This document shows, one piece after another, positions 29,088 to 38,053 of a stretch of 64,000 bases of DNA. This DNA comes from an uncultured bacterium (GTDB lineage: Bacteria > Patescibacteriota > Minisyncoccia > Moranbacterales > UBA2206): contig CAIKZD010000009.1 in assembly GCA_903831805.1 (NCBI GenBank), positions 8,786 through 72,785 on the forward strand, read 5' to 3'. The position numbers and the translations under genes were made by a program. A model generated the notes under the pieces. That model searched no databases. It worked only from the letters and a program-made list of their open reading frames with translations, and had not been told where the DNA came from. Position 1 is the first letter of the stretch, and each line of letters starts with the position of its first letter.

Positions 29088-29252
29088 ATGAAAACATACA
29101 TCTGTGAAATTTGCGGGGATGCGGAAGTGAAATTTTTTATATCATTTCGTGGTAGTATGTTCAGTAGCGCAATTGACGAATTTTCTAGATGTGCTACAAT
29201 AAATTCAGCTAAAACCACCCGTCCTGACCCGCAAGGGCACGGCGGGTTTTAG
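29088..29252 (+). CDS. small ORF (54 aa), second copy of MKTYICEICGD...TTRPDPQGHGGF
   Basis: Frame is kept despite a 3-nt indel relative to copy 1. The last 52 nt are identical to copy 1. Confidence 0.3.
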   Translation: MKTYICEICGDAEVKFFISFRGSMFSSAIDEFSRCATINSAKTTRPDPQGHGGF

Positions 29253-29269
29253 ATTTCAAGTGTTTGAAT

Positions 29270-29845
29270 ATGGAAAAAATCGAGAAAAAACAAAAAAGAG
29301 TCGCGATATATATTGATGGAAGCAATTTTTACTATAAATTGAGGGACTTGGAAGTCCCAAATACAACCTATTTCAATTACGGCGGACTTTCAGAATGGTT
29401 GGCAAGGGATCGTGTTATTATATCGAAGAGATACTATATAGGAGTTGTAAGGGCAAAGGAAAACGATGAAAAAGGACAGATGTTAAGAAAAAATCAACAA
29501 CGGTTGTTTAATCATCTCGGTTCGTCTGTACAGGGATTTATTGTGAAACAAGGATATCTTATGAAAAATGATGGCGTGTATCACGAAAAGGGTGTGGACG
29601 TTAAAATAGCAGTTGATTTATTGGTTGGTGCTTATGAAAATATGTATGATACTGCGATTCTTATTTCTTCTGATACTGACTTGATTCCGGCTATTCAAAA
29701 AATTAAACATTTGGGCAAGGGGGTTGAGTATATAGGTTTTTCACATAAGCCAAGTTTGGCATTGCAAAAGTACGCTTCACTGACTAGGTTGATGATGAAA
29801 GAAGAGTTGGAAGATTTTGTTTCAAAAACGATTTATAAAAAGTAG
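29270..29845 (+). CDS. NYN-domain (LabA-like, PIN-like) predicted ribonuclease
   Basis: AIYIDGSNFYY...KGVDVKIAVDLL...ILISSDTDLIPAIQ. Confidence 0.7.
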   Translation: MEKIEKKQKRVAIYIDGSNFYYKLRDLEVPNTTYFNYGGLSEWLARDRVIISKRYYIGVVRAKENDEKGQMLRKNQQRLFNHLGSSVQGFIVKQGYLMKNDGVYHEKGVDVKIAVDLLVGAYENMYDTAILISSDTDLIPAIQKIKHLGKGVEYIGFSHKPSLALQKYASLTRLMMKEELEDFVSKTIYKK

Positions 29846-29865
29846 CAGTATTATTTATTAGCATT

Positions 29866-30009
29866 ATGGACAAATACCAATCCGCTTGGGAAAAATTTCA
29901 GAAAAAAATGGAAGTTTTGCGTAAAAAGCAGAAAGAAATTTTGGCGCGGATTTTTAATAAACTGGATGAGCAGAAACTCGAAGCTATCCGTAAAAAATTG
30001 CAAAAATAG
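29866..30009 (+). CDS. small coiled-coil ORF (47 aa)
   Basis: ATG 29866 to TAG 30009. The stop abuts the ATG of the next gene (possible translational coupling). Below the track cutoff. Confidence 0.3.
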   Translation: MDKYQSAWEKFQKKMEVLRKKQKEILARIFNKLDEQKLEAIRKKLQK

Positions 30010-31587
30010 ATGAGCAAAGAACAGATACAAAGTAAAAGTGAATCAGCCGTAGAGAAAATAGGGACAAAAATTTCCCCGGAAAAAACTGATGCAGAAAAAG
30101 CAGCAGAAATGAAGGTCGAGTCTGAAAAAGAAGTGGCTGGTTTTGAAAGTATAGAAAAAACTGAAATGGCGCGGGCTGAACAGCTTGTAGCTGGAGATGA
30201 ATCGCATAGTATGCATATTGATGCTAATGATATAGCGGAAATGGAGGAATCTAATCAAGAGGTGGAAGCGGCACAGGTAGAATTGGCGAATGAAATTGGC
30301 AGTAATGAAATTAGCGATGATCAAAAGGAAAAATTCGGCAACTTCATTAAGGATAAAAAAGAGTTTTATAGGGAAAATAATATGGATGTATTGAAAGAAG
30401 CGAAATATGGCAGGGATGGTGCATTAAAGGATGCAGAGTATAATAAAAAACATTTTGAGGAATATACTATAAAAGTGGAGGAGCTTAGATCGGAAATAGA
30501 ACATAAAAAATCGAGCATCATAACTAGAGTATTGGAGTTTAGGAAAATAAAAGAGCTTGAAAAAAAACTTGGTGCCCAAAAAGAACTTCAAGGAACTTAT
30601 GAAAGATGGACAGCTCAGAAAAAAGAACTGGCAGACGCTTATGACTATCTGATAGCAGAAGAAACAAAACTTTCAGCTATAATGGAGGAGGCTCACAAGG
30701 AAAATGCTGAGTGGGATGAAAATAAGAGGCTGGAGTTTATTAAAGAAGAAGACAGGAGAGATGTTTCCAAATTAGCAAAAGAACACGGAGTGTTTTTTGT
30801 CCATAATATTGTCGTGGCTGATTGGAAGCCAAGGGTCAATAATAGGGCTATTGACACAAAAAGCCTAAATTTCAACGATCAACTAGATATTATTAGGGGC
30901 TTAGATCCTACGCTTGCAGTATCTACCTTGTCACCTGATTCAAAGAATAAAACTTTCGGCAGGGCCTCTCGGGGTATATTATTTTCAGGTGGACGGATTA
31001 TTGGCGGGGATGAGAGTGATGCTGGCACCGTGGCCAATGGATTAAAAGATAGGAATATAGCGGAGCATCATAAATCAACTGAGGCAATCAGCGAGGCCAT
31101 TGAGCGTCCATCAAAAGGAAAAAAAGACAGCGAGTCTTACAACGAATTGGTTATGGAGAATCCTGAAATCGCGGGCGTATATTTCAAATGGAATGACAAC
31201 TATCCATCATTAAAGGATGGAGAGGACACATTTTTACGTAATAATGAGGTTGCTGGCTATGGAGAATGGGATGGGTGGTGGAAAGATACCGAAGAAATGA
31301 TGCAGTCTGGAGCTCCTGTTTTTGTGGTTGAAAGTGATAATAATATTCGTTTGGTGTACGATATAAATTTAAAAGAAAGGTCTTTTAAAGTAACACCGCA
31401 ATACAAGCCGGAAACCATGACGGATATGCCGGGAATATATCAACAGCACTTAGGCAAGGAGGAAAAAAGAAAGGCTGCGATGAGAGTTTTTGATAAAGCC
31501 ATAGGACTAATTCCCGAAGATGAGCAAAATAAATATATGCCAGACGGAACAGAGAAGGATGCGCAAAATTTACATAATATACATTAG
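30010..31587 (+). CDS. large acidic hypothetical protein with N-terminal coiled coil
   Basis: 525-aa ORF, no recognisable motif. Confidence 0.55.
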   Translation: MSKEQIQSKSESAVEKIGTKISPEKTDAEKAAEMKVESEKEVAGFESIEKTEMARAEQLVAGDESHSMHIDANDIAEMEESNQEVEAAQVELANEIGSNEISDDQKEKFGNFIKDKKEFYRENNMDVLKEAKYGRDGALKDAEYNKKHFEEYTIKVEELRSEIEHKKSSIITRVLEFRKIKELEKKLGAQKELQGTYERWTAQKKELADAYDYLIAEETKLSAIMEEAHKENAEWDENKRLEFIKEEDRRDVSKLAKEHGVFFVHNIVVADWKPRVNNRAIDTKSLNFNDQLDIIRGLDPTLAVSTLSPDSKNKTFGRASRGILFSGGRIIGGDESDAGTVANGLKDRNIAEHHKSTEAISEAIERPSKGKKDSESYNELVMENPEIAGVYFKWNDNYPSLKDGEDTFLRNNEVAGYGEWDGWWKDTEEMMQSGAPVFVVESDNNIRLVYDINLKERSFKVTPQYKPETMTDMPGIYQQHLGKEEKRKAAMRVFDKAIGLIPEDEQNKYMPDGTEKDAQNLHNIH

Positions 31588-31606
31588 TAATCAAAAAAAC
31601 AAAAGC

Positions 31607-32041
31607 ATGCACTACATTACCACTTTCAAAATTTTCAAGCATAATTTCTGGACCAATGAATGGTCAAGATTTCTTTATGAAGGAAAATACTATCGCTTCA
31701 CGGTCAAGGATATTTCAGCGGTTGAGATTTCGCCAGCTAAATATAAACGAGTTATTTTCACGATCCCAAGAGTTTGGCTCAAGGAATATGAAAAAGGTGT
31801 TTTTCTGGCGTGGAAAGAATTTCCCAAGACTCTTCAAGTCAAGATGAAAAAATATGATCTGGTGGTGGATGATAAAGAAAAAAAGAAAATGTTTTCCATC
31901 CTGCAAAAAGAACTTAAAGCCTATTTTGTTAAAAAAAACACCATCACCAACAGCCAAGCTAGGGCTTTATTGAAACTGCAGACGATGGATATCTCAGCTA
32001 AAGAAGCGCATAAAATCCATAAGAAAATCGGTCTGGAATAA
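31607..32041 (+). CDS. hypothetical protein (paralog B of 28386..28820)
   Basis: Start at MHYITTFK (the track ORF starts upstream). Confidence 0.6.
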   Translation: MHYITTFKIFKHNFWTNEWSRFLYEGKYYRFTVKDISAVEISPAKYKRVIFTIPRVWLKEYEKGVFLAWKEFPKTLQVKMKKYDLVVDDKEKKKMFSILQKELKAYFVKKNTITNSQARALLKLQTMDISAKEAHKIHKKIGLE

Positions 32042-32067
32042 ACTAATTTGTTAAACATATAACCATT

Positions 32068-32586
32068 ATGAAAACATATATCTGTGAAATTTGTGGGGAT
32101 GCCTATTTGGGCGAAGAGCGGCCGAGCGAGTGTCCGTTTTGCGGGTCGAGGCAGGCTTTTATCAAAGACGGTAAGGTCGCTAGTCCGATCACGCTTGCGC
32201 CGGAAGAATTGTCGGAAATTTCCAAGAAAAATTTGGAAAAAACTTTGGAACTGGAAATCCACGCCAACGCGGTCTATTTGTGCATGGCGGAAAAAACTAA
32301 GACGTATGAAATCAAAGCGATGTATAAGCGCTTGGCCAAGGTGGAATTGGAACACGCTAATATCGCGTGCAAATTGATGCAGAGTTATTTGCCGCAAGTG
32401 GGTGAAGGCTTTTGCGCTGAGGAAGATGCGTCCAATTTTGCTGAAACTATCAAACTGGAGGAGAATGCCACGGCTCTATATGTCCAATTTGCCAGAGAAG
32501 CGACAGAAAAGAACGTGAAAATTTTCTTCACCGCGCTTTCGCAAGTGGAAGCGGATCATATTAAGTTGATTAAGAATTATTTATAA
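32068..32586 (+). CDS. rubrerythrin-family protein with N-terminal rubredoxin-like CxxC...CxxC
   Basis: CEICGD...CPFCGS followed by a ferritin-like E...ExxH diiron domain. Confidence 0.75.
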   Translation: MKTYICEICGDAYLGEERPSECPFCGSRQAFIKDGKVASPITLAPEELSEISKKNLEKTLELEIHANAVYLCMAEKTKTYEIKAMYKRLAKVELEHANIACKLMQSYLPQVGEGFCAEEDASNFAETIKLEENATALYVQFAREATEKNVKIFFTALSQVEADHIKLIKNYL

Positions 32587-32596
32587 ATAATTTCAT

Positions 32597-32631
32597 GGGA
32601 GTTCGACTCCCATTAGGGGAGTCGAACTCCC
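32597..32631 (+). terminator. 15-bp perfect-stem hairpin gggagttcgactccc-attag-gggagtcgaactccc
   Basis: Perfect inverted repeat directly after the rubrerythrin stop. Weak T-tract. Confidence 0.55.
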
Positions 32632-32659
32632 TTCTGTTGGGCGGGAATTACAAAAAAAC

Positions 32660-33764
32660 ATGATCAAAGAATTCAAACTCGAAATTGAAAAACTGAAAGC
32701 TAAACTCGCTCTTTTGAGCGACTATCTTTGACTTGCCGAAAAAGAAAATCAGGATTGAAGAATTGGAAAAAGAATCGGCCGAGCCGGATTTTTGGAATGA
32801 CAATCAAGCCGCGGCCATCTTGATGCAGGAGTTGGAGGGTTTGCGCAGTGAGCTCTCGTTGCTCAGTAATTTGGAAACAGAGATTGATGAAATCGCTGAT
32901 TTTTTAGAAGTTTTTTCCGAGACGGAAAGTTCCAGTGAAGCGGAAGGAAAAGAAATTGAAAGCCGGATTGGCGAGATTGCAGAAAAATTAGACGCTTTGG
33001 AATTCAAGACGCTTTTTGCCGGTGAATATGACAACAGTAGCGCTATCCTTACCATCATGAGCGGGGCGGGCGGAGTGGATGCGCAGGATTGGAGTGAAAT
33101 GCTTCTCCGAATGTATTTACGCTTCGCGGAAAAAAATGGTTTTCGGGCCAGTTTGATTGATGAGGCGCGCGGAGCGGAAGCCGGGATAAAATCCGCTACG
33201 TTGGAAATTTCCGGCGCTTATGCGTATGGAAATTTGAAAAGCGAAGCGGGTGTGCATCGCTTGGTGCGTTTGTCGCCTTTCAATTCCGATAACCTGCGCC
33301 AAACTTCCTTTGCCTCAGTGGAAGTCTTGCCGGTCATTGCGGAAATCGCCGAGGTGCAGATTGATCCGAGCGATTTGCGCGTGGATGTCTATCGCTCGAG
33401 CGGCGCCGGTGGGCAAAGCGTCAACACGACGGATAGCGCGGTGCGCCTGACGCACTTGCCCACCGGTATCGTAGTCACTTGCCAAAACGAAAGATCGCAA
33501 TTACAAAACAAAGAGCAAGCTATGAAAATTTTGAAAGCCAAATTGCATAAACTGTATTTGGAAAAACAGGAAGCGGAAAAAAGAAAGTTGCGCGGCGTGA
33601 CCAAGGCGGCGGAATGGGGCAGCCAGATCCGTTCCTATGTCTTGCATCCGTATAAGATGGTCAAAGATCATCGCACCAAACATGAAACGGCGCAGGCAGA
33701 AGAAGTTTTGGCGGGGGACTTAACCGGTTTCATGGAAAGCTACTTGAAGCATATTCAAAAGTAA
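32660..33764 (+). CDS. prfB: peptide chain release factor 2, programmed +1 frameshift (join 32660..32728, 32730..33764)
   Basis: Frame-0 ORF MIKEFKLEIEKLKAKLALLSDYL ends at in-frame TGA within the canonical CTT TGA C site (32726-32732). The +1 frame continues DLPKKKIRIEEL... with SPF and GGQ motifs. Confidence 0.85.
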
Positions 33765-33803
33765 GTTATAATATAAGAAGAAATTATTACGGTAAAAAAT
33801 AAA

Positions 33804-34562
33804 ATGAAAAAAGTTGAAGAAATAGAAAATGAAAACGAAGTTGTGGAAGAGGCGGCGGGCGAGGAAGAAAAATTTCCGATGTTTAAATTTGATCATGTGA
33901 CCAAGGCCTTTAAGGGTGATGCGGCTGCGCTTTCGGATATCGATTTTGAAATCCAAGAAGGAGAATTTGTCACTTTGATCGGGCACAGCGGTGCCGGGAA
34001 ATCTACGCTGCTAAAACTTATCTATGCCGAAGAAACAGCCACCGAAGGTGAGGTCTATTTCAATGGGGCACCGCTCAGTAAAATTAAAAAAAGAAAATTG
34101 CCGTTCCATCGTCGCAAGATTGGGATGGTTTTCCAGGATTTCAAGCTGCTGCCGAAAAAGACTGCCTATGAGAATGTGGCTTATGCTCTGGAAGCTTGCG
34201 GCGCGCGCGCGGATGAGATCAGGGAAGACGTGCCGCAAATTTTGGATATTGTCGGGCTAGGGGATAAGATGGGAAAGTTTCCGCATCAGTTGTCCGGTGG
34301 TGAACAGCAAAAGGTGGTGTTGGCGCGCGCGCTTATCCACAAACCCCAAGTGATTGTAGCGGATGAGCCGACCGGCAATTTGGATCCGGGCAATTCGGCG
34401 GAAATAATCGATCTGCTTTTAAAGATAAACAAGTTGGGCACCACGGTGATTCTAGCCAGTCATGACCGAGACATTGTGGATCGCGCTTCCAAACGCGTAA
34501 TCGTTTTGGAAAAAGGAAAAATAATTTGCGATGATGCTAAAAGTAAATATCGAGTATGTTAA
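33804..34562 (+). CDS. ftsE: cell division ATP-binding protein FtsE
   Basis: GHSGAGKSTLLKLI, LSGGEQQKVVLARAL. Followed by FtsX. Confidence 0.8.
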   Translation: MKKVEEIENENEVVEEAAGEEEKFPMFKFDHVTKAFKGDAAALSDIDFEIQEGEFVTLIGHSGAGKSTLLKLIYAEETATEGEVYFNGAPLSKIKKRKLPFHRRKIGMVFQDFKLLPKKTAYENVAYALEACGARADEIREDVPQILDIVGLGDKMGKFPHQLSGGEQQKVVLARALIHKPQVIVADEPTGNLDPGNSAEIIDLLLKINKLGTTVILASHDRDIVDRASKRVIVLEKGKIICDDAKSKYRVC

Positions 34563-35476
34563 AAAATATGTTTTTGGTCATTGGTCGGACAATGAAAGAA
34601 AGTTTTATCAATTTTTGGCGGAACGGCTGGTTGTCGATCGCTTCGGTCAGCGTGCTCACCTTGGCGCTCTATGTCGCCGGCGCGCTCATGGTCCTCATGA
34701 TGGTTTCCGGGACGGTGCTGGCGAATGTGGAAAACCGCATCAATGTCAGTGTCTATTTCAAGCCGGACGTCAGTGAGGAACAAATCATAAAAATCAAGTC
34801 CGATTTGGAAAGTTATGGCGAAGTTAAATCGACGCAGTACATCTCCAAAGAACAGGCCTTGGCTGATTTCAAGAAGAACAACGCCAATGAGCCGGTCATT
34901 TTGCAATCCTTGGATGAAATCGGAGGCAATCCGCTTTTGGCCTCGCTCGTGGTGCGGGCCAATGACCCCAATCAATATCAAAACATCACCGAATATATCG
35001 CCAACGCTTCTTTCAAGGATGATGTTAGTCGGGTGAATTATGTCAAAAATAAGGAAATCATCGATCGCTTGAACAGTATCATTGGCCAAGCTCGCAAAGT
35101 CGGTCTGGCTTTAGCACTCATCTCAGCGGCCGTGGCGGTGCTCATCATTTTCAACACTATTAGAATCACAATCTACATTCACAAACCGGAAATCGAAGTG
35201 ATGCGCTTGGTGGGGGCTTCCAATATGTTCATCCGCTTGCCTTTCCTTTTTGAGGGGATAATCTATGGTGTGCTGTCTTCTCTTTTTGCCACCATTCTTC
35301 TCCTTATCACCATGAAATTCATCAATCCTTACATTTCCAACACCGTCCTTTCGCGCAGCCTGATGGCGTTCTATTTCAGTCAGATGTTTTTCATCTTGGG
35401 CATCCAATTGCTCGTCGGCATCTTCCTCGGCATCTTCAGCAGCTGGATCGCCATGCGGAAATATCTAAAGATTTGA
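34556..35476 (+). CDS. ftsX: cell division permease FtsX
   Basis: 306 aa. N-terminal transmembrane helix, periplasmic domain, C-terminal FtsX 3-transmembrane domain. 7-nt overlap with ftsE. Confidence 0.8.
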   Translation: MLKNMFLVIGRTMKESFINFWRNGWLSIASVSVLTLALYVAGALMVLMMVSGTVLANVENRINVSVYFKPDVSEEQIIKIKSDLESYGEVKSTQYISKEQALADFKKNNANEPVILQSLDEIGGNPLLASLVVRANDPNQYQNITEYIANASFKDDVSRVNYVKNKEIIDRLNSIIGQARKVGLALALISAAVAVLIIFNTIRITIYIHKPEIEVMRLVGASNMFIRLPFLFEGIIYGVLSSLFATILLLITMKFINPYISNTVLSRSLMAFYFSQMFFILGIQLLVGIFLGIFSSWIAMRKYLKI

Positions 35477-35553
35477 TTTTTTGACAAAGTTGCTATATAT
35501 TGAAACAAGACTGAAAAGTCTTGTTTTGTTGCCTCATCGGCAACTAAAGACGG

Positions 35554-35625
35554 TGGAGCGTAGCCAAGTGGTAAGGCAACGGGTTCTGATCCCGTCATGC
35601 GTAGGTCCGAATCCTACCGCTCCAA
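35554..35625 (+). tRNA. tRNA-Gln (anticodon CTG)
   Basis: U1:A72 acceptor (tggagcg/cgctcca), D arm gcc-aagtggtaa-ggc, anticodon stem acggg/cccgt with loop uuCUGau, T arm gtagg-tccgaat-cctac. Confidence 0.7.
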
Positions 35626-35633
35626 CAACGACC

Positions 35634-35662
35634 AAAAACAGCTCAAATGAGCTGTTTTTTTG
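35634..35662 (+). terminator. rho-independent terminator after tRNA-Gln
   Basis: aaaacagctc/gagctgtttt stem plus T7. Confidence 0.7.
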
Positions 35663-35670
35663 TTTCGCAG

Positions 35671-35699
35671 TTGACAAGAATGGTTTTTAGGTGTATAAT
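35671..35699 (+). promoter_or_regulatory. sigma70-type promoter TTGACA-17-TATAAT
   Basis: Consensus hexamers upstream of 35779. Confidence 0.6.
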
Positions 35700-35778
35700 C
35701 TACAGTTACGATTGGATAGAGCGGGTTTTCACAAAAAACCTAAAAACTGATAAGAATGTTGTTTAAAAGGAGAATGCC

Positions 35779-36441
35779 ATGAAATATACTTTCAAAGATT
35801 ACCGTAATGCAGGAATGGTTTTGTTTTGTTTAATTCTGCTCGCTTTTGTGGCTGGCGAAATAGACAAGTCTTATCAGAATGTTTTTGGAAGAGAAAAGGT
35901 AAGCGGATTAATCCAAGACGTAAAGAGGTTCCGCAATGTGCCTGGTTACGACCCAATCACTCTTGATTACATTGTCAATAAACTTGAAGGCGCAGTCAAT
36001 TCCAGGGTGATTACCTGGAAAAGATTGGGCACAGACCATGCCGAACTCAAAAGCTTGGCAAGGCAAAACAGAGTGAAAGATCTTAAAGTAACCCTGCAGA
36101 GGTTCCGAAGTATACCAGGCTACGGCCAAAGCACTAGTAACTACATCATTGATGGATTTGAAAATGCAGTCAAGTCTGATGTGACCACCTGGAAAGAATT
36201 GGAGACAAGTCAGGCTGAGCTCGAAAAATTAGCAAGACAAAATAGAGTGAAGGATCTCAAAATAACCCTAGGGATGTTCCGCAGCATACCCGGTTACGAC
36301 TCAGAGAGTATTCGTTTCGTCATCAATGAACTTAGAGATGCGGTCGACTCCAATGTGACCACCTGGGAAGAATTAGGAACTGACCAAGCTGAGCTCGAGA
36401 GCCTGGCAAAACAAAATAAAGCGAAAGAAGGAGAAATGTAA
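35779..36441 (+). CDS. secreted or membrane-anchored protein with three tandem ~48-aa repeats
   Basis: N-terminal hydrophobic helix. Repeats of FRSIPGY..x..TW(K/E)EL(G/E)T(D/S)QAELExLA(R/K)QN(R/K)VKDLK. Confidence 0.6.
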   Translation: MKYTFKDYRNAGMVLFCLILLAFVAGEIDKSYQNVFGREKVSGLIQDVKRFRNVPGYDPITLDYIVNKLEGAVNSRVITWKRLGTDHAELKSLARQNRVKDLKVTLQRFRSIPGYGQSTSNYIIDGFENAVKSDVTTWKELETSQAELEKLARQNRVKDLKITLGMFRSIPGYDSESIRFVINELRDAVDSNVTTWEELGTDQAELESLAKQNKAKEGEM

Positions 36442-36637
36442 TTTACATTCTCTATTAGAATGCTATCGAGCAATCTCGCTCACCCGCCCCGATCAATTAA
36501 CTTTGGTTGGGGTGTGTTTTTTTATACAAAAATTTTACAAATATTTGAGCTATTGACAAAAGTCATTCGCTACGATAAATTTCTAGCAGTACCTAACCCC
36601 ATAATGCTGTTAACCTTATCACAGGAGGAACTATCTA

Positions 36638-36934
36638 ATGAGTGAGTCTGAAAAGTTTTACCCAGAGTTTTTAGATGTTGGTTCGAAAGGCCCCGCAGTT
36701 GCCCATCTGCAATCAGCTCTGTTGCAGGCAGGATATAATCCCGCTATTGAAGTGGATGGCGATTATGGAGGGCAAACGACGTTAGGCGTGCGTGAATTGC
36801 AGGAAGAGTTGGGTGTTGAAGTTGATGGACACTTCGGTCCGGCCACGAGAGATGCTTGGACTAAGGCTGGCGGACCGGACGTGAACGCTATACCCAAGAG
36901 TGCATTCACATGTGCAGAGGCTTATATCGGATAA
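36638..36934 (+). CDS. peptidoglycan-binding (PG_binding_1-like) domain protein
   Basis: LQSALLQAGYNPAIEVDGDYGGQTTLGVRELQEELGVEVDGHFGPATRDAW. GGAGG Shine-Dalgarno. Confidence 0.65.
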   Translation: MSESEKFYPEFLDVGSKGPAVAHLQSALLQAGYNPAIEVDGDYGGQTTLGVRELQEELGVEVDGHFGPATRDAWTKAGGPDVNAIPKSAFTCAEAYIG

Positions 36935-37276
36935 CTCCGAACAGCAAAAAGCATTGATCTCCTCAGCCGTTTTATTATTAGGCTGGGGAGGTTTTTTATA
37001 TAAAAAAACGATTGAAATCATTGCGATGCCACTCGCGGGAGTAAATTTAGAGTATTATTTTTTAAAGTGGCTTAGTATAGCCATTTTTTGTTTGCGCGGT
37101 TGACAGAAGCGCGATTGTATGCTAAGATTGTTAATCAGGGTTAGAACCTTAAAAATTCAGCGAAAACTCCATCATCCTGTTTTTATCCTTAGTTAGTCAT
37201 CTAATTTGGGATAAAAATAGGGTGTTGGAGAGGATGATATTGCTATTGAAATACTTAAACGAAAAAGGAGAGGGTC

Positions 37277-37888
37277 ATGAAAAAAATCACAATCAAGAAG
37301 GGTGGATTTGTTTGTAGGGTGGCTTATGGAAATGAATCATCGCCACCTGTAAATACGAATCTTTGCAAGATTTTCTGGCGTTTTCTGTTTATGTTTTTCA
37401 TCTACTGGCCCTATAACGGCCTGAAAAAAATCGCCCAGTTTTTGTTAGTATTGTGTGGAACTATAATCGCCTGTGTCGTGATAGCTATTCTTTTTATCTT
37501 TTCTTTTTTGTTTGCCAAGAGACCTACTTGTCTTAAGAAAGATGAAACTGGAAATAAGGGAGCATTTATAGCTTATGAGCATTGGCCAAGGATTAGAGGC
37601 AGAAGAGTTTATCCTATATGGATTGTAACCGGTATTCTTATAGTGGTGTATCATAAATGGATCATTTTTTTTGCCGCCGCATTGCCTAGCGCTCTCTGGT
37701 CCGCTGATCCAATGTATTCAAAGGAGCTTTGGATTGTGCTTGCGATTTCCGTATCGGCTTTGGCTGTGCTGATTGGCATTTACCATGCACTAAAGAAGAT
37801 AAAGAATTCGGAAGTCTGGATGCTTCTCAAAGAGAGTATCAAGGCCAAAAAACAAGGGCTATGTCTACCTGTCGAAATCGTTGAATAA
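37277..37888 (+). CDS. hypothetical multi-pass membrane protein
   Basis: Several hydrophobic segments. GGAGAGGG Shine-Dalgarno. Confidence 0.5.
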   Translation: MKKITIKKGGFVCRVAYGNESSPPVNTNLCKIFWRFLFMFFIYWPYNGLKKIAQFLLVLCGTIIACVVIAILFIFSFLFAKRPTCLKKDETGNKGAFIAYEHWPRIRGRRVYPIWIVTGILIVVYHKWIIFFAAALPSALWSADPMYSKELWIVLAISVSALAVLIGIYHALKKIKNSEVWMLLKESIKAKKQGLCLPVEIVE

Positions 37889-37972
37889 CGATGAGGGGGG
37901 ATGTATAATTATCCAAAGAGCCAATCGCGGGAATAATCGTGATTGGCTCTTTTTTATTCCCTCAAAAAACTA

Positions 37973-38032
37973 TTGACAACTTTTTTAAATTGGTTAAAAT
38001 ATGAATTAGCACTCACACTTGACGAGTGCCAG
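37973..38032 (+). promoter_or_regulatory. promoter (TTGACA-16-TAAAAT) followed by CIRCE-like operator TTAGCACTC-N9-GAGTGCCAG
   Basis: CIRCE consensus is TTAGCACTC-N9-GAGTGCTAA. Sits directly upstream of hrcA. Confidence 0.65.
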
Positions 38033-38053
38033 CGGAGGATATATAATGGTTTT

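Noticed and set aside
28847-29252. Calling the two MKTYICEICGD small ORFs truncated rubrerythrin pseudogenes
   Set aside because: Only the first ~38 nt match rubrerythrin. Both copies keep an open frame to the same C-terminus, and their tails carry a conserved promoter-terminator. I therefore report them as small ORFs/sRNA modules instead, though a pseudogene origin for the 5' end remains possible.
34531-34776. ORF 34531..34776 (+) overlapping the ftsE/ftsX junction
   Set aside because: It is in a different frame inside the well-supported ftsX gene and has an Arg/His-rich spurious composition.
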